From assembly GCA_964016885.1 (NCBI GenBank), contig OZ024753.1, positions 12,214,001-12,278,000 on the forward strand: a DNA stretch of 64,000 bases, written 5' to 3'. The notes beneath the pieces are model-generated. The model was not told the DNA's origin. It was given only the letters and a program-made list of their open reading frames with translations, and did no database searches. Source of the DNA: Eledone cirrhosa. Taxonomy: Eukaryota. Below are positions 52,445-64,000 of this stretch, one piece after another (the stretch's first letter is position 1; every line of letters starts with the position of its first letter). The position numbers and the translations under genes are program-made.

Positions 52445-52600
52445 TTGGATTGGCAGGTATCGGTAGAGCGTCAGACACCATGATTTGTAGCGTAGAGTTA
52501 TGACCCTTTATGTTCTGAGTTCAAATTCCGCCGAGATTAACTTTGTCTTTCATCCTTACGGGGTCGATAAAATATAACACCAGTAATGCACTGGGATAAT
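52445..52600 (+). mobile_element. Meta-like SINE copy
   Basis: Same family as 29077-29250. Confidence 0.8.
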
Positions 52601-53627
52601 TGCTGTACAAACCATTGTTGATAAATTCTATATTTTTAGTAATTGATGGTAATAACATTGAAGTCCTAGTCATACAAACAGTTAACTAAAACTTCATAAT
52701 TATGGTATTACAAAAATCTAGTGAGGATGAACTATATAAACGTACGTTGAATTGATCGGCCATGAATGTTATACGAATAAGACGTTTAACATAATATGTT
52801 AAAAAATAACGAAAAAGTACTAAAGAAATAAGTATAAAACTTCGGGAAATAAATAGAAAAGAAAAAAGGAAGAATATTTTAGCAATCTGAATTTGATTTA
52901 TTACTAATAAAACAGGGACTTGAAACAGGACTGCAAATACATTTCTGGATAAGATGTGATATTAGGAAACTTATAATCCTATGAGGGGATTACATGTTCT
53001 GCTATATCTGTCACTTCACTGTCATTCTTTCAGGATTATTCAATAACTCGATAAAGTTTAATATTTATAATTCTTAACTGAACATTTGTATAAAGTAGAT
53101 TTGTTTATTAAATCCTATAGAGCAACTATATATGGTTGAAGCTTCCTTCATTTTAGTTCATATACTACATAGATAGATAGATTCAATAAAAATATTTACA
53201 TTCAATCCAAACAAAAGCTTTCAATCGCAATTCAATTCAATAATAAATTAGTTTATATTCACAGCGTTGTTATATATATTAATATTTGGAGAACAAAATA
53301 TAAAGCAATGCGCAAATCTAAAATAAATGAAATAAATGTTATAAAATAATGCATACACCTAACGTAAGTGAATCGAAAAGCAAGTAATTGAAGCAATATA
53401 CAATGTTTATACAAGGAGTAATGAAAAACTAGTTATTTTCGCCGATAATAAGATGTTAAATTTATAGCATTCTAATATTGTAATGGATAATGTTATTAAA
53501 GTTTACTGTGAAATAGAGGCGCATTTGTCTATATACATCACTGTCACTCTCTCTGTCTGTCTTTCTTTCTCTCTGTTGCTCTCTTCTGCCTCTCTCTCCA
53601 TGCTTACATGCCTATATACAGAGGCAG

Positions 53628-53666
<39 letters not shown>

Positions 53667-53743
53667 TAACAGATTAAAGTTTAAGCATATATATTTTCCT
53701 TATCGAGCCCTCTCTGGATTTTAGTCTTCAATTTTATTATTAT

Positions 53744-53822
<79 letters not shown>

Positions 53823-53898
53823 TACACACACATATTCATGCATATTAATAAATATGCTTATCCCCTCTCTCTCACTCACTCTCTCACTCCCCCTCCCC

Positions 53899-53929
<31 letters not shown>

Positions 53930-54275
53930 GCTTTGAAACAGGTATTGTTATAATTTGGGAGGGTCATACTGCCAATAAAAAAACTCACACACCTGTTGGT
54001 TTTCACTTCATGTATTATAAATTTCCAGTTAGTTCGTTCGTTCTTTAACCAGATGGAGATGGAGTAGGACGGAACAAAGGAGGGACACAAAATAAAAACC
54101 CAGTCACTGAGGAGGTCACAGAATGTGTGATGAAAGAACTTTGGCAATATATAAAAAAATCCGGTTATTGAACCAACCCGCCATCCAACCGACCGAGAAT
54201 TTATAATAAATTGAAGTGAAAACCGGAGGTGCGTGTGTTTTTATTGGCAGCATGACCCACCCAAAGTATAACAAT
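53930..54275 (+). mobile_element. PLE family A pLTR with an inverted terminal duplication and hammerhead at 54102-54145
   Basis: 53944-54030 is the reverse complement of ~54190-54275. Motif: AGUCA CUGAGGA G GUCACA GAAUG UGUGAU GAAA GAAC UU UGGC. Confidence 0.78.
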
Positions 54276-54282
54276 ATATATA

Positions 54283-54424
54283 CAGGGAAAATTCCGCGAT
54301 AGCGAATAGCATTATAACGAATTTTTCTGTATAACGAACTATTTTTTTCAATCTGCGGCCACATGCTCAATGTGTTAGGTCGATCTCGTTATAAAGAAGT
54401 TTTCGTTATAACGGAATTTTACTG
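54283..54424. mobile_element. pogo/Tigger-like MITE
   Basis: TIRs cagggaaaattccgcgatagcgaa / cagtaaaattccgttataacgaa, internal tataacgaa repeats, and TA on both sides. Confidence 0.75.
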
Positions 54425-55084
54425 TATATATATATATATATATATATAAATATATAATATTAAGGATACTATTTATAGTTATGTATATTTTAACCTTTTT
54501 ATAGTTATGTATATTTTAAACTATAAACAGGGAAGTTCAGTAATTTATTATTACCAGTAAGATAAATAGTTCAGTGTAAGAACATCAGTTGTTCTACAGA
54601 GCAGTTATATATATATATATATGAAGAAACGCAACTATCAACACTGCTGTTGCTACTATCATATACACAAGTTCATTTTCCGGTCTCCTTCTCAAAAAGG
54701 AAGAAACAAAAAAACTTACTTCTTAATTTTAAATCTTTAATTTTTTGTTTTTAATTCTTATTAATTCTAATACTCAACATTTAATAAGATGAATTTTACT
54801 AATACATTGAAACCGGTAATACTATATATACTTTATATACATTATAAAACGCTTTTTTAAAAGAATTGTCTCTCTCTCATTTTTTCAATAATGTCACTTT
54901 GACGAATCAAAAAAAAGAAAAAAAAAAAGAAAAGCAGACCCTAAAATATATTTTCCGTGATATTTCCAACTTCCCCTTTTCTCTATATATGTGTACACAC
55001 ACACACACGCACGCACGCACACACGCACACACACACACACACACGCACACGCACACGCACACGCTCACACACGCACACACGCAC

Positions 55085-55148
<64 letters not shown>

Positions 55149-55150
<2 letters not shown>

Positions 55151-55443
55151 CATTAACAGAGAAAGCCTTAAGCAATACTCCGACCGACTTCCGTCTCACT
55201 CAACAAACATTAGGATATACCATAGTATTGTCCCAATTATACGTTTGGGGTGCTAACTATACGTATTTTGCGGATAGCCAGTTGTATTATTTTATATGAG
55301 ACATAATTAAATACGATCGTTTCATTATAAGTTTTCATTATAAGTTTTCTACAAGTTGGGAAAATAATGTCCAGGTTATGTAGAAGCCTATACATAGTCT
55401 ATAGGAATATATGCAGGTGGGCACTTATAAATCATCAGTGGAT
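55149..55443 (-). mobile_element. Family E element, copy 2, with hammerhead motif 55312-55442
   Basis: UCCA CUGAUGA UUUAUAAGU...ACUUAUAAU GAAA (13-nt duplication) GAAAC GAUC GUA. Helix III is the palindrome ACGAUCGU; the 3' strand of helix I is deleted. Confidence 0.65.
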
Positions 55444-55558
55444 GGCCAACAATATCTATATAAAAAAAACCCTACTGATATTAACATTCAGCGATGGTAG
55501 CCGTCAGTGTTAGAGTGACCACTAAATTTGAAATTCCAGCAGTCTCATATATATATAT

Positions 55559-56275
55559 GTGTGACTGGTGGTTGATCTTCCCTCTCTGAAGCCGTTCTGG
55601 TTGTCCCTGAGCTGCTTCTCCATCTCAAGCTGGGTCCTGTTAAGAATCATCCTGTTGAGGGTCTTTGCCACAAGTGATGTCAGTGAGAACCCCCTGTAGT
55701 TGTTGGTGTGAGAGTGATCTCCCTTCTTTGGCACTGGGACGATGTTACTGATCCTCCACTGATTCGGGGCAACTCCTTTCTCTAGTGCCTGTTACAGAAC
55801 CTCAGGATGGCGTCGGACATTCGTAAAGACCTGAAAATCCGCCTCTTCATTGTTGTAGTGGAGTCTGTGCTGCTGTACGGGTCTGAGACTTGGACACTGA
55901 CCAAGAAACTCACTCAGATGGTGGATGGGTGCTACACAAGAATGCTGATGATGGCTCTGAACATTAATCAGTATACACTGAGGATGAAAAACTCAGAGCT
56001 GTATGGGAGCCTCCCAAAAGTCAGCTCAAAAGTGACACAGAGGAGACTGAGGTTAGCTGGACATGCTCACCGACATCCAGAGTTGACATTGCACTCAGTG
56101 CTCCTGTGGGAGCCCCTACATGGACACACTGGGAGAGGATGACCAAGGTTAACGTATGTTGATGCCCTAAGGACGGACACTGGTCTGTTGGAGACGCAGG
56201 ACATGGCAGCGATAATGAGGGACAGAGACCGCTGGAGAGAACTCGTCCATGGATCTCGGGAATTCTACCCACCCT
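55559..56275. mobile_element. 5'-inverted RTE-like LINE insertion
   Basis: Minus 55559-55815: DAILRFC..WRISNIVPVPKKGD..NYRGFSL..QNGFREGRST. Plus 55813-56275: KIRLF..VESVLLYGSETW..RRLRLAGH..DRDRWR. Both ends lie in (TA)n. Confidence 0.88.
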
Positions 56276-56277
56276 AT

Positions 56278-56313
<36 letters not shown>

Positions 56314-56530
56314 TAGGTATGAATCGAAGTTGTAGCTGCCATATAGCGAGTTGTTTGAGGCAATCACAACACACTCGATAAAGAAGATATGTTAATACCT
56401 TACCGTCGACATTAAACACAGCAGTTAAATAGTGTGACACCAAGACAAATACAGAAAGGTATATATAAGTAGAAGTTGTATTTAATTTGTTGGAAGTCCA
56501 GTGAATTTCCAACAGATAAAACGAACTTTG

Positions 56531-56595
56531 TATTTCATCTGATGAAAGCGTACCAATGTTGTCTTGGTTGCCCTTGAAATATATATAATAAAATA
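56531..56595 (+). ncRNA. Minimal type-I hammerhead motif (family B)
   Basis: UAUUUCAU CUGAUGA AAGCGUACCAA-UGUUGUC-UUGGUUGCCCUU GAAA UAUAUA UA AUAAAAUA. Confidence 0.7.
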
Positions 56596-56634
56596 AATGT
56601 TTTATAAATATAGTTTCCATTTATTTAATATCAT

Positions 56635-56689
<55 letters not shown>

Positions 56690-56718
56690 GTATATATATA
56701 TATGTATATATATATATT

Positions 56719-56890
56719 GAAATATTCAGGACCCCGACGGTTGAGCTTCGGCTGTTAGGATCTGGCTGCCGAAACGGATGGAGCTCAGCCGTGGGGTCCT
56801 GAATATTTTCCTATTACACACTCTACTACCCCAAGTATCGAGCACTCTGGTGGGTTATGGTCCACCTGGTATCTAACCACACCCTCTCTG
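56719..56890 (+). mobile_element. Family C fold-back element with hammerhead 3' half (copy 3)
   Basis: Hairpin 56719-56810 with GAAAC GG..GAGCUC AGCCGU GGGGUC, then the conserved tail. Confidence 0.7.
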
Positions 56891-57725
56891 ATATATATAT
56901 ATATATATGTATGTCTGTCTATACATACATACATACATACATACATACATACATAGACACACGCACATAGACACACACACACATAGATACATACGTACGT
57001 ACATACATACATACATACATGGACACTCTTAAAGTTGCCTTAAGGTAAAATCATTGTTATGCAATATTAAATGCCCTGGTCTTTGAATTACACATACAAA
57101 CTAGAAAGTAAATGATACAGAAGCGAAAATGACTAGACTACACTGGTGTTTATTTTGGGACACCAATATAATGACACGTAGCTTCAATACCAAACCCGAT
57201 CCGGAGTAATGGCTGATGTAAATACAATCATCTGTATAGAAAAAACATACGTGAGAACATCACATAAACAATTTATATAAAATTGAATTATAGACGTCGA
57301 AAAAATACCATATGTTAACTAGAGGAATCTAAATCAAACAGAGAAAAAGTTGAAATTCAGAATAATTTGAAATAATTCAAAAGCGAAAAACATATTTTAC
57401 GCATCAAATTAACGTTTAAAAAGAGATTGTTCTGTAAATTAATAATATTTTGCTCATAAATGATATGTTTTTGGTTCTATTTGTAAACACAGACTAATAG
57501 TCTGGTAAATAAAGTAAAAAAAAATACTCCATTTACGGCTAACATGTTTTATAAATAGATATCTCGACAATTTTGTTTCGTATTTCTTTTGCATATACAT
57601 CCAGGTGATTATATATATATTAGTAATATATGAGTAATTCTGGTTATTGTACATTTTAGCATATAGGTTATGTATACACACACACACAGATATGTATGCA
57701 CACATACATATATCTATCTATCTAC

Positions 57726-57908
<183 letters not shown>

Positions 57909-57963
57909 CACACATATATATATATTCTATATATATATATATATACACACATATATATATATC

Positions 57964-58067
<104 letters not shown>

Positions 58068-58081
58068 ATATATATATACAC

Positions 58082-58153
<72 letters not shown>

Positions 58154-58172
58154 CATATATGTGTGTGTGTGT

Positions 58173-58395
58173 GAAGGCGTGTGGCTGAGTGGTTAAAGAA
58201 TTGGATTCACAATCGTGAGGTTGTGAGTTCGATTCCTGGACCGGGCGATGCGTTATGTCCTTCAGGAGAGACACTTCATTTCACATTGCTCCTTCTATCT
58301 GGAGTTGCAACCGATAGAGAGTACTAGCAACTGGAAAGACCGATGGAAACATTGTTTCCTCGGTCCGATTTGACGAAAGTCGATCGATCCTAATA
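58173..58395 (+). mobile_element. tRNA-derived SINE
   Basis: A box tggctgagtgg, B box gagttcgattcc, and an A-rich tail. Confidence 0.8.
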
Positions 58396-58428
58396 AAAAA
58401 CAACAAAAGAAATCATATATATATATAT

Positions 58429-58466
<38 letters not shown>

Positions 58467-58512
58467 ACACACGCCTATACATACACACACACACAGAGCT
58501 ACACAGGTACAT

Positions 58513-58548
<36 letters not shown>

Positions 58549-58838
58549 CATCCTATATGGAGCATGACCTCAGCCACACGATTGGGACATATATGTGTAC
58601 ATACAGCGGTGCTGGGGCAAATCACCTACTTTGCTCCCCATGGCTACAGGTATTTTTCGCTGTAGTGGTAATGTCTATTTGAGCAGGATGGGCAATACTA
58701 GGGTCTTAGAAGTGAATACATGACATTTAGGATAGAACCTCGTTAAATTTCACCAAACATGTTTGATATTAATTAACAATGTCTTATTACATGTGACACC
58801 GCTTTCGATTACATTAAGCACACATACATACATCACAC

Positions 58839-59293
58839 ATGGTGGCTGCCAACTCGTTGACGAGTACGGCCACTACTTTATATCCATGTAGGAGAACCCC
58901 TACCGCTGCGCTGAACGAGTGTGACCTTTTATTCCAGCCAGCGACTTGAAAACTCTGGTACAAACACTACACTTGTGACAATTATTGTCACATAGTGCTG
59001 GGCCCATGGTACCATGTGACAAGTGCAGAGAGATCTCCAGATATAAAGCAATGCTTGTGCCGTGAAGCTTTTATAGTGAGCAAAGGCACTGCACAAAGCC
59101 AATCCCACTCTCTTAACCAAAATGATATTTACCAAAAAGAACAACAAGTCAACATCATTGGATACCATCAGGGTTGCAGGTGTTATATCAGAGTTTTCCT
59201 TCTAGAATTCTGCTTTGACAAATGCTATGGGGTCATCTCTCCCGGTGATTTTGGATGACCATTGACTCTTAAGAGCTCCTTTGCCCTTTGACA
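58839..59293 (-). mobile_element. RTE-derived ~600-bp element, 5'-truncated
   Basis: Reverse complement of ~4050-4508. Confidence 0.8.
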
Positions 59294-59309
59294 TCATACA
59301 TACATACAT

Positions 59310-59835
59310 GCAGCAGATGCCAATATAATACCAAAGATTAGCGAAAAGGAGAATATGTATGCAGAACTAAGGAGAAATCTGCAGATACTCCACCCTGATT
59401 ATACCTTCAGGTTTATACCTGTGATTATACCTTCAGGTTTATACCTGTGATTATTGGGGAACTGGGATATGTTAGTAACTGCCTCAATACAAATCGTGAA
59501 GCTAGGCTTCATAGGAAGAGAAAGAACACAACTAGTTAGGAAATTACAAGTACAATCCATTAATGGAACAGTAAAAATATGTAAAACATTCCAAATATTT
59601 TGCATCTAATAACGGCATATACACATGTACAGATACTAAGCATATACACATGCACAAATACAACTGAAAACATACATACAACAACATCCATATCTACACA
59701 TGCATGCATGCAGACATGCCTACATATCTACCTAGTTGATGTTGTGTAAATTCCAGTGAGAGAAACTTTTGTCTCGGTTAGAAACCGACTCTCTCTCTAT
59801 TGGCAAAAAATTGTGAAATTATAAAACCAGAAGAA
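59310..59835 (+). mobile_element. R4/Dong-like non-LTR retrotransposon 3' end (restriction-like endonuclease)
   Basis: ADANIIPKISEKENMYAELRRNLQILHPDYTFRFIPVIIGELGYV...KLQVQSINGTVKICKTF, with a 26-bp tandem duplication. It is flanked by (CATA)n on both sides. Confidence 0.72.
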
Positions 59836-59950
59836 CATACATACATATATATATATATATATGTAGAGGTTATATTTAATTTGTTGGGATACAACAAGCA
59901 CAATATTTTTATAACTGATATAAAGCAGTCGACAAATTATTGGAGTAAAT

Positions 59951-60217
59951 ATACAATATATTAACAAATGGAAACTATATTTATAAAACCATATTTATTT
60001 CATTGTACATATTTCATATTATACATACTATCCAGGAGATTCCAACCAGAATGGTTGCATTTTTTCAGGGTATGTCAATATTTATTTATAAAACTAACTT
60101 ATATTATATTTTATCTGATGAAAGCGCACCATAATTTGCCTTGGTGGCCCTTGAAATATGTATAATGAAATAAATATGGTTTTATAAATATAGTTTCCAT
60201 TTGTTAATATATTGTAT
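59951..60217. repeat. 66-bp inverted repeat (59951-60016 / 60152-60217) of family B
   Basis: The arms are reverse-complementary with two mismatches. The same sequence occurs at 16297-16360 (-) and 56575-56640 (+). Confidence 0.9.
60107..60172 (+). ncRNA. Minimal type-I hammerhead ribozyme (family B)
   Basis: UAUUUUAU CUGAUGA AAGCGCACCA...UGGUGGCCCUU GAAA UAUGUA UA AUGAAAUA, with an 8-bp helix I. Confidence 0.75.
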
Positions 60218-60362
60218 TATATATATATATATATATGTGTGTGTTCTTTTGTATATACATACATATATACCGACATACTCACTTTTATACATACATGCAT
60301 AACTACATACTCACCTTTATACATACATACATACCTATATACCTACATACTCGCCTTTATAC

Positions 60363-60970
60363 ATGGTGGCTACCAACTCGTTTTCGAGTACGGTCACTAC
60401 TTTATATCCATGTAGGAGAACTCCTACCGATGCGCTGAACGAATGTGACTTTAGTCCATCCAGCGACTTGAAAACTCTGGTACAAACACTACACTTGTGA
60501 CACTTATTGACACCTAGTGCTAGGCCCATGGTACCATGTGACGACAAGTGCAGAGAGATCTCCAGATATAAAGCAATGCCTGTGCCGTGAAGCTTTTATA
60601 GTGAGCAAAGGCACTGCACAAAGCCAGTCCCACTCTCTTAACCAAGATGATATTTACCAAAAAGAAGAACAAGTCAACATCATTGGATACCATCAGAGTT
60701 GCAGGTGTTATATCAGAGTTTTCCTTCTTCTAGAATTCTGCCTTGACAAAGGCTAAGCGGTCATCTCTCCCGGTGATTTTGGATGGCCATTGACTCTTAA
60801 GAGCTCCTTTGCCCTTTGACAGGTTTTGTTTTTAGTCCTGCAGGATGTCCAAAGTCACCCTCCTCACCAAGAAACCTTAGTGGGGTTGCCAGTTTAGTCG
60901 CCAACGACCCGACCATGGGACGGGTTGTACTGGAATACATGTTACCAGTAGCACCAAGTGGTGACCTGAC
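60363..60970 (-). mobile_element. RTE-derived ~600-bp element, full copy
   Basis: Reverse complement of 3902-4508. Confidence 0.82.
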
Positions 60971-60987
60971 ATACATACATATATACA

Positions 60988-61023
<36 letters not shown>

Positions 61024-61166
61024 TATACTTACATTCATACATACATACACACATATATACGCATACATACATCAAAGACACATATAAACAAACACACGTA
61101 CACACACACGCGTACATACAGGAAAGACACACACACACACACACCACACACCACACACCACACACA

Positions 61167-61197
<31 letters not shown>

Positions 61198-61249
61198 CTC
61201 TGTATACACATGTAGCTGTGCTAAGATTAACGATGTTTTAATGACATTA

Positions 61250-62535
61250 AAACTTAACTAACGACGAATCTGTAGATCTTAATGACGTCACAGGGTATTT
61301 CTGGTGTGGTGTCGCTTTTGGTGTGTGATGGTGGCGTAGATGTTGATGGATTTTGTTCTGTTTTTCGGGTTGTGTTCTTGGTTTTCGTGTGTTTCTGTTG
61401 GGGTTAGCGTGTTGGTAAGCAACACATTGTTCTGTTTTTATGTGTTTATCATTGGGCAAAATGATTTTATATGGGTATCCTTGCCACATCGAAAACACTG
61501 TGATGATGTTATCAACAGGTACTCTTTCGGGTATCTTCGAAACTCTTTCTGGTTTCATTGGGACCAGGAGTTCCACTGAGGTCCCATTCCAGTTACACTT
61601 GTCTTCACCCTCCTCCAAAAAGCCACCCAACATCCACCAAATGTTGGTGTTCGGTGGAATCTGGGACACCCTTAATCTTGTGTGTTCTCCTTCTCATGTA
61701 TGTAGGGAAAAAGATATATTGGCTCATTTTAATCGGAACCACCGAATAGTTTTGAGCGAGGGCCTCGCTTTTGAAGAGCCACCGAGATGCACCCATATTG
61801 CTTGGCCCTCTGAAGGTAGGCAATGTCTGGTATTGCCTTGCTCAACACACCTTATACTGTATGCTGTAGCAAAGAAGCAGCTTTTCTCGATTCTCTAGAC
61901 ACAGTTCTATAGAAAAGAGTTTTTTTTTTATGGTTGCGGCCCTAATTTCTGGTGGGGTGTTGGTTCGAAATCCATTTCCCTCGACTGTTATATATTGCGC
62001 AGCGTCCTTCAGGTACTGCTCTTTTTTTGAAATATCTATGTCTATGAACTCCGTCTCCATGGCAACTGTCGCTGCATAATGTCTATTTCGTGTGTTTTCG
62101 GTTTTTATTGTCACTTGTGCTGCTGTTGATTTTATTGTTTTTGTCATTTTGGTTGTTATTTTCCACTTGGTTTTTGTCGTCTTTGTGTTGTTGTTTTTTC
62201 CGTCCTACAGTCTGTTGACACTGTTGTCATGGCGACACTGTTGACATGGCAGTAGAAGGTATAACGTCTTCTTTTACAGTTCCATTTCCAGAAGCATTTT
62301 CTGTTTTTAAGTAAGGTATCGTTTGTTCCATTTTGGTTAAATTTCACAAATGAGATTTCAATTTTCCAAAGGTTCAGAGCAAGTTTTCGCCCCTTAGAGC
62401 TTGACACTTAGAGAAACCACCACCTGAAGTTTCAGGTGGTTGGTTTATCTTTCAAACAATGTAAAATAAAATTTACAAATATCAGAGTTTCTGGTAGAAA
62501 ATTAAGCAAGAATTCACCAGCGAGCCGTCACACGT
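61250..62535 (-). mobile_element. Decayed LINE 5' UTR and ORF1 (gag-like) with a CCHC zinc knuckle
   Basis: The minus strand near 61455-61500 encodes QCFRCGKDTHIKSFCP (C-x2-C-x4-H-x4-C), preceded by frameshifted ORF pieces. The clade (L1/Tx1-like) is inference. Confidence 0.6.
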
Positions 62536-62961
62536 CTACCCATAAAGATAGATATATAGATAGACAGACAGATAAGCATATAGTTAGGTAGGTAGGTAGG
62601 TAGGTAGGTAGGTAGGTAGGTAGGTAGATAGATAGATAGTTAAGTAGATAAATAAATAGTTGGAAGGGTAGATTGTTTGATAAATAGATAAGCATATAGT
62701 TGTCTAGCTAGATAGATAGACAGAGAAGGAGAGAGAGAGATAGAGAGAGAGAGGGGGAGCGAGAGAAAGAGAGATATGAATGCATAGTTAATTCGATATA
62801 TCAATAGTTAGATAACATTCTAGAGTCGTATGTATAAATATGATCATGTTTTTTAAATAGCACCCAGACATCAAAGCACTCTGGACACACACACACTACA
62901 TACATACATACATACATACATACATACATACATACATACATACATACATACATACATACAT

Positions 62962-63033
<72 letters not shown>

Positions 63034-63463
63034 GAGTGTGTGTGTTTGTATATTTGTGTGTCTATGGCTGTTAGTGCAAGTGTTTGGGTATCATGTATAT
63101 CTCCATTTATCTCGAAAGCCTTTACATCAAAGGTGAAATCTTAATTGCCTGCCTTTGTGCTCTTTTGAAAAGAGAACGATTTAGTATACCATATAAATGT
63201 TAAATTCTTTGCTTTATCGAATGAAAATGAATATCCTGCAGACATATCTGTGTATTGTGTATAGCTAAATATACAGAATCTTTTGATGGATATTGTACTG
63301 AACAATTTTATGTTCAAATGAAGTATCTGCTGGGCATGGGTTAGACAGGAAGATTTGTTACATGTAGTGACGGATGGATGTATGACTGCATGTATCGAGA
63401 ACTGGTGGATGGATGCTTGAATAAGTTCAACAGTAACGATTGTCATTTGAATGGATGTTAGAA

Positions 63464-63830
63464 TAAATGCACATGCATTGGAATATACACAAAATGGCGC
63501 TTACATAAACACAAACATGTAACATAGATGCACATGAATTTGGATAATGTACAAAATGGCGCTTACATAAACACAAACATGTCACATAGATGCACATGCG
63601 TTTGGATAATGTACAAAATGGCGCTTAAACAGACACAAACATGTAACATAGATGCACATGCGTTTGGATAATGTACAAAATGGCGCTTAAACAGACACAA
63701 ACATGTAAAATAGATGCACATGAGTTTGGATAATGTACAAAATGGCGCTTAAACAGACACTAACATGTAACATAGATGCACATGCGTTTGGGTAATGTAC
63801 AAAATGGCGCTTACACATACACAAACATCT
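63464..63830. repeat. 62-bp tandem repeat, ~6 units
   Basis: tggcgctta recurs at 63495, 63557, 63619, 63681, 63743 and 63805. Confidence 0.95.
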
Positions 63831-64000
63831 ATATGTGTGCGTATATGCACGCACACACATATAAATATATTTTCATTAATTTTGATACAAAATAAATGCA
63901 GTTTATTAAAGCTCAATACAAAATGTCAGTTGAATGTTATGTCTCATATAGAGAAGAAAAAGTGTATCCATAATTTTAATTACTGATGCATTTAATTGTG

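Noticed and set aside
54770-54822. Hammerhead-like GAAACCGGUA
   Set aside because: There is no recognisable CUGANGA upstream in this copy.
57205-57250. CUGAUGU...GAAA with a 5-bp stem
   Set aside because: No helix I or helix III pairing; likely chance.
58173-58245. tRNA gene
   Set aside because: A and B boxes are present, but the sequence continues into a dispersed SINE body and no clean acceptor stem forms.
63130-63440. Possible decayed PLE reverse transcriptase on the minus strand (PVLDTC, FTFDVKAF)
   Set aside because: Only short motif resemblances across frameshifts; it needs a TBLASTN/HMM search.

Overview
This is AT-rich, repeat-dominated eukaryotic DNA with no convincing host protein-coding gene. 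The SINE families and kilobase-scale (TA)n/(TATG)n arrays are most consistent with a cephalopod such as Octopus (inference). Nearly all long ORFs in the track (YIYI..., VCVC..., SLSL...) are microsatellite artefacts. The real coding remnants all come from transposons: Penelope-like elements (PLE; RT and GIY-YIG), a CR1/L2-group LINE RT, RTE fragments, CRE-clade and R4/Dong-like restriction-like-endonuclease fragments, a LINE ORF1 with a CCHC knuckle, and a complete but disrupted DD37D (maT) Tc1/mariner element. There are also two MITEs, tRNA-derived SINEs and minisatellites. The main signal that the ORF track misses is RNA structure. Read by eye, the window holds about 18 full or decayed type-I hammerhead ribozyme motifs (CUGANGA...GAAA...UH, often with a palindromic helix III) plus several half-motifs, from roughly eight short dispersed families. 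One family lies directly 3' of a PLE GIY-YIG ORF. Several insertions fold back into DNA palindromes centred on, or ending at, hammerhead helix II, which suggests the ribozyme hairpin nucleates inversion during retrotransposition. All folds were derived manually and no catalytic activity has been shown.
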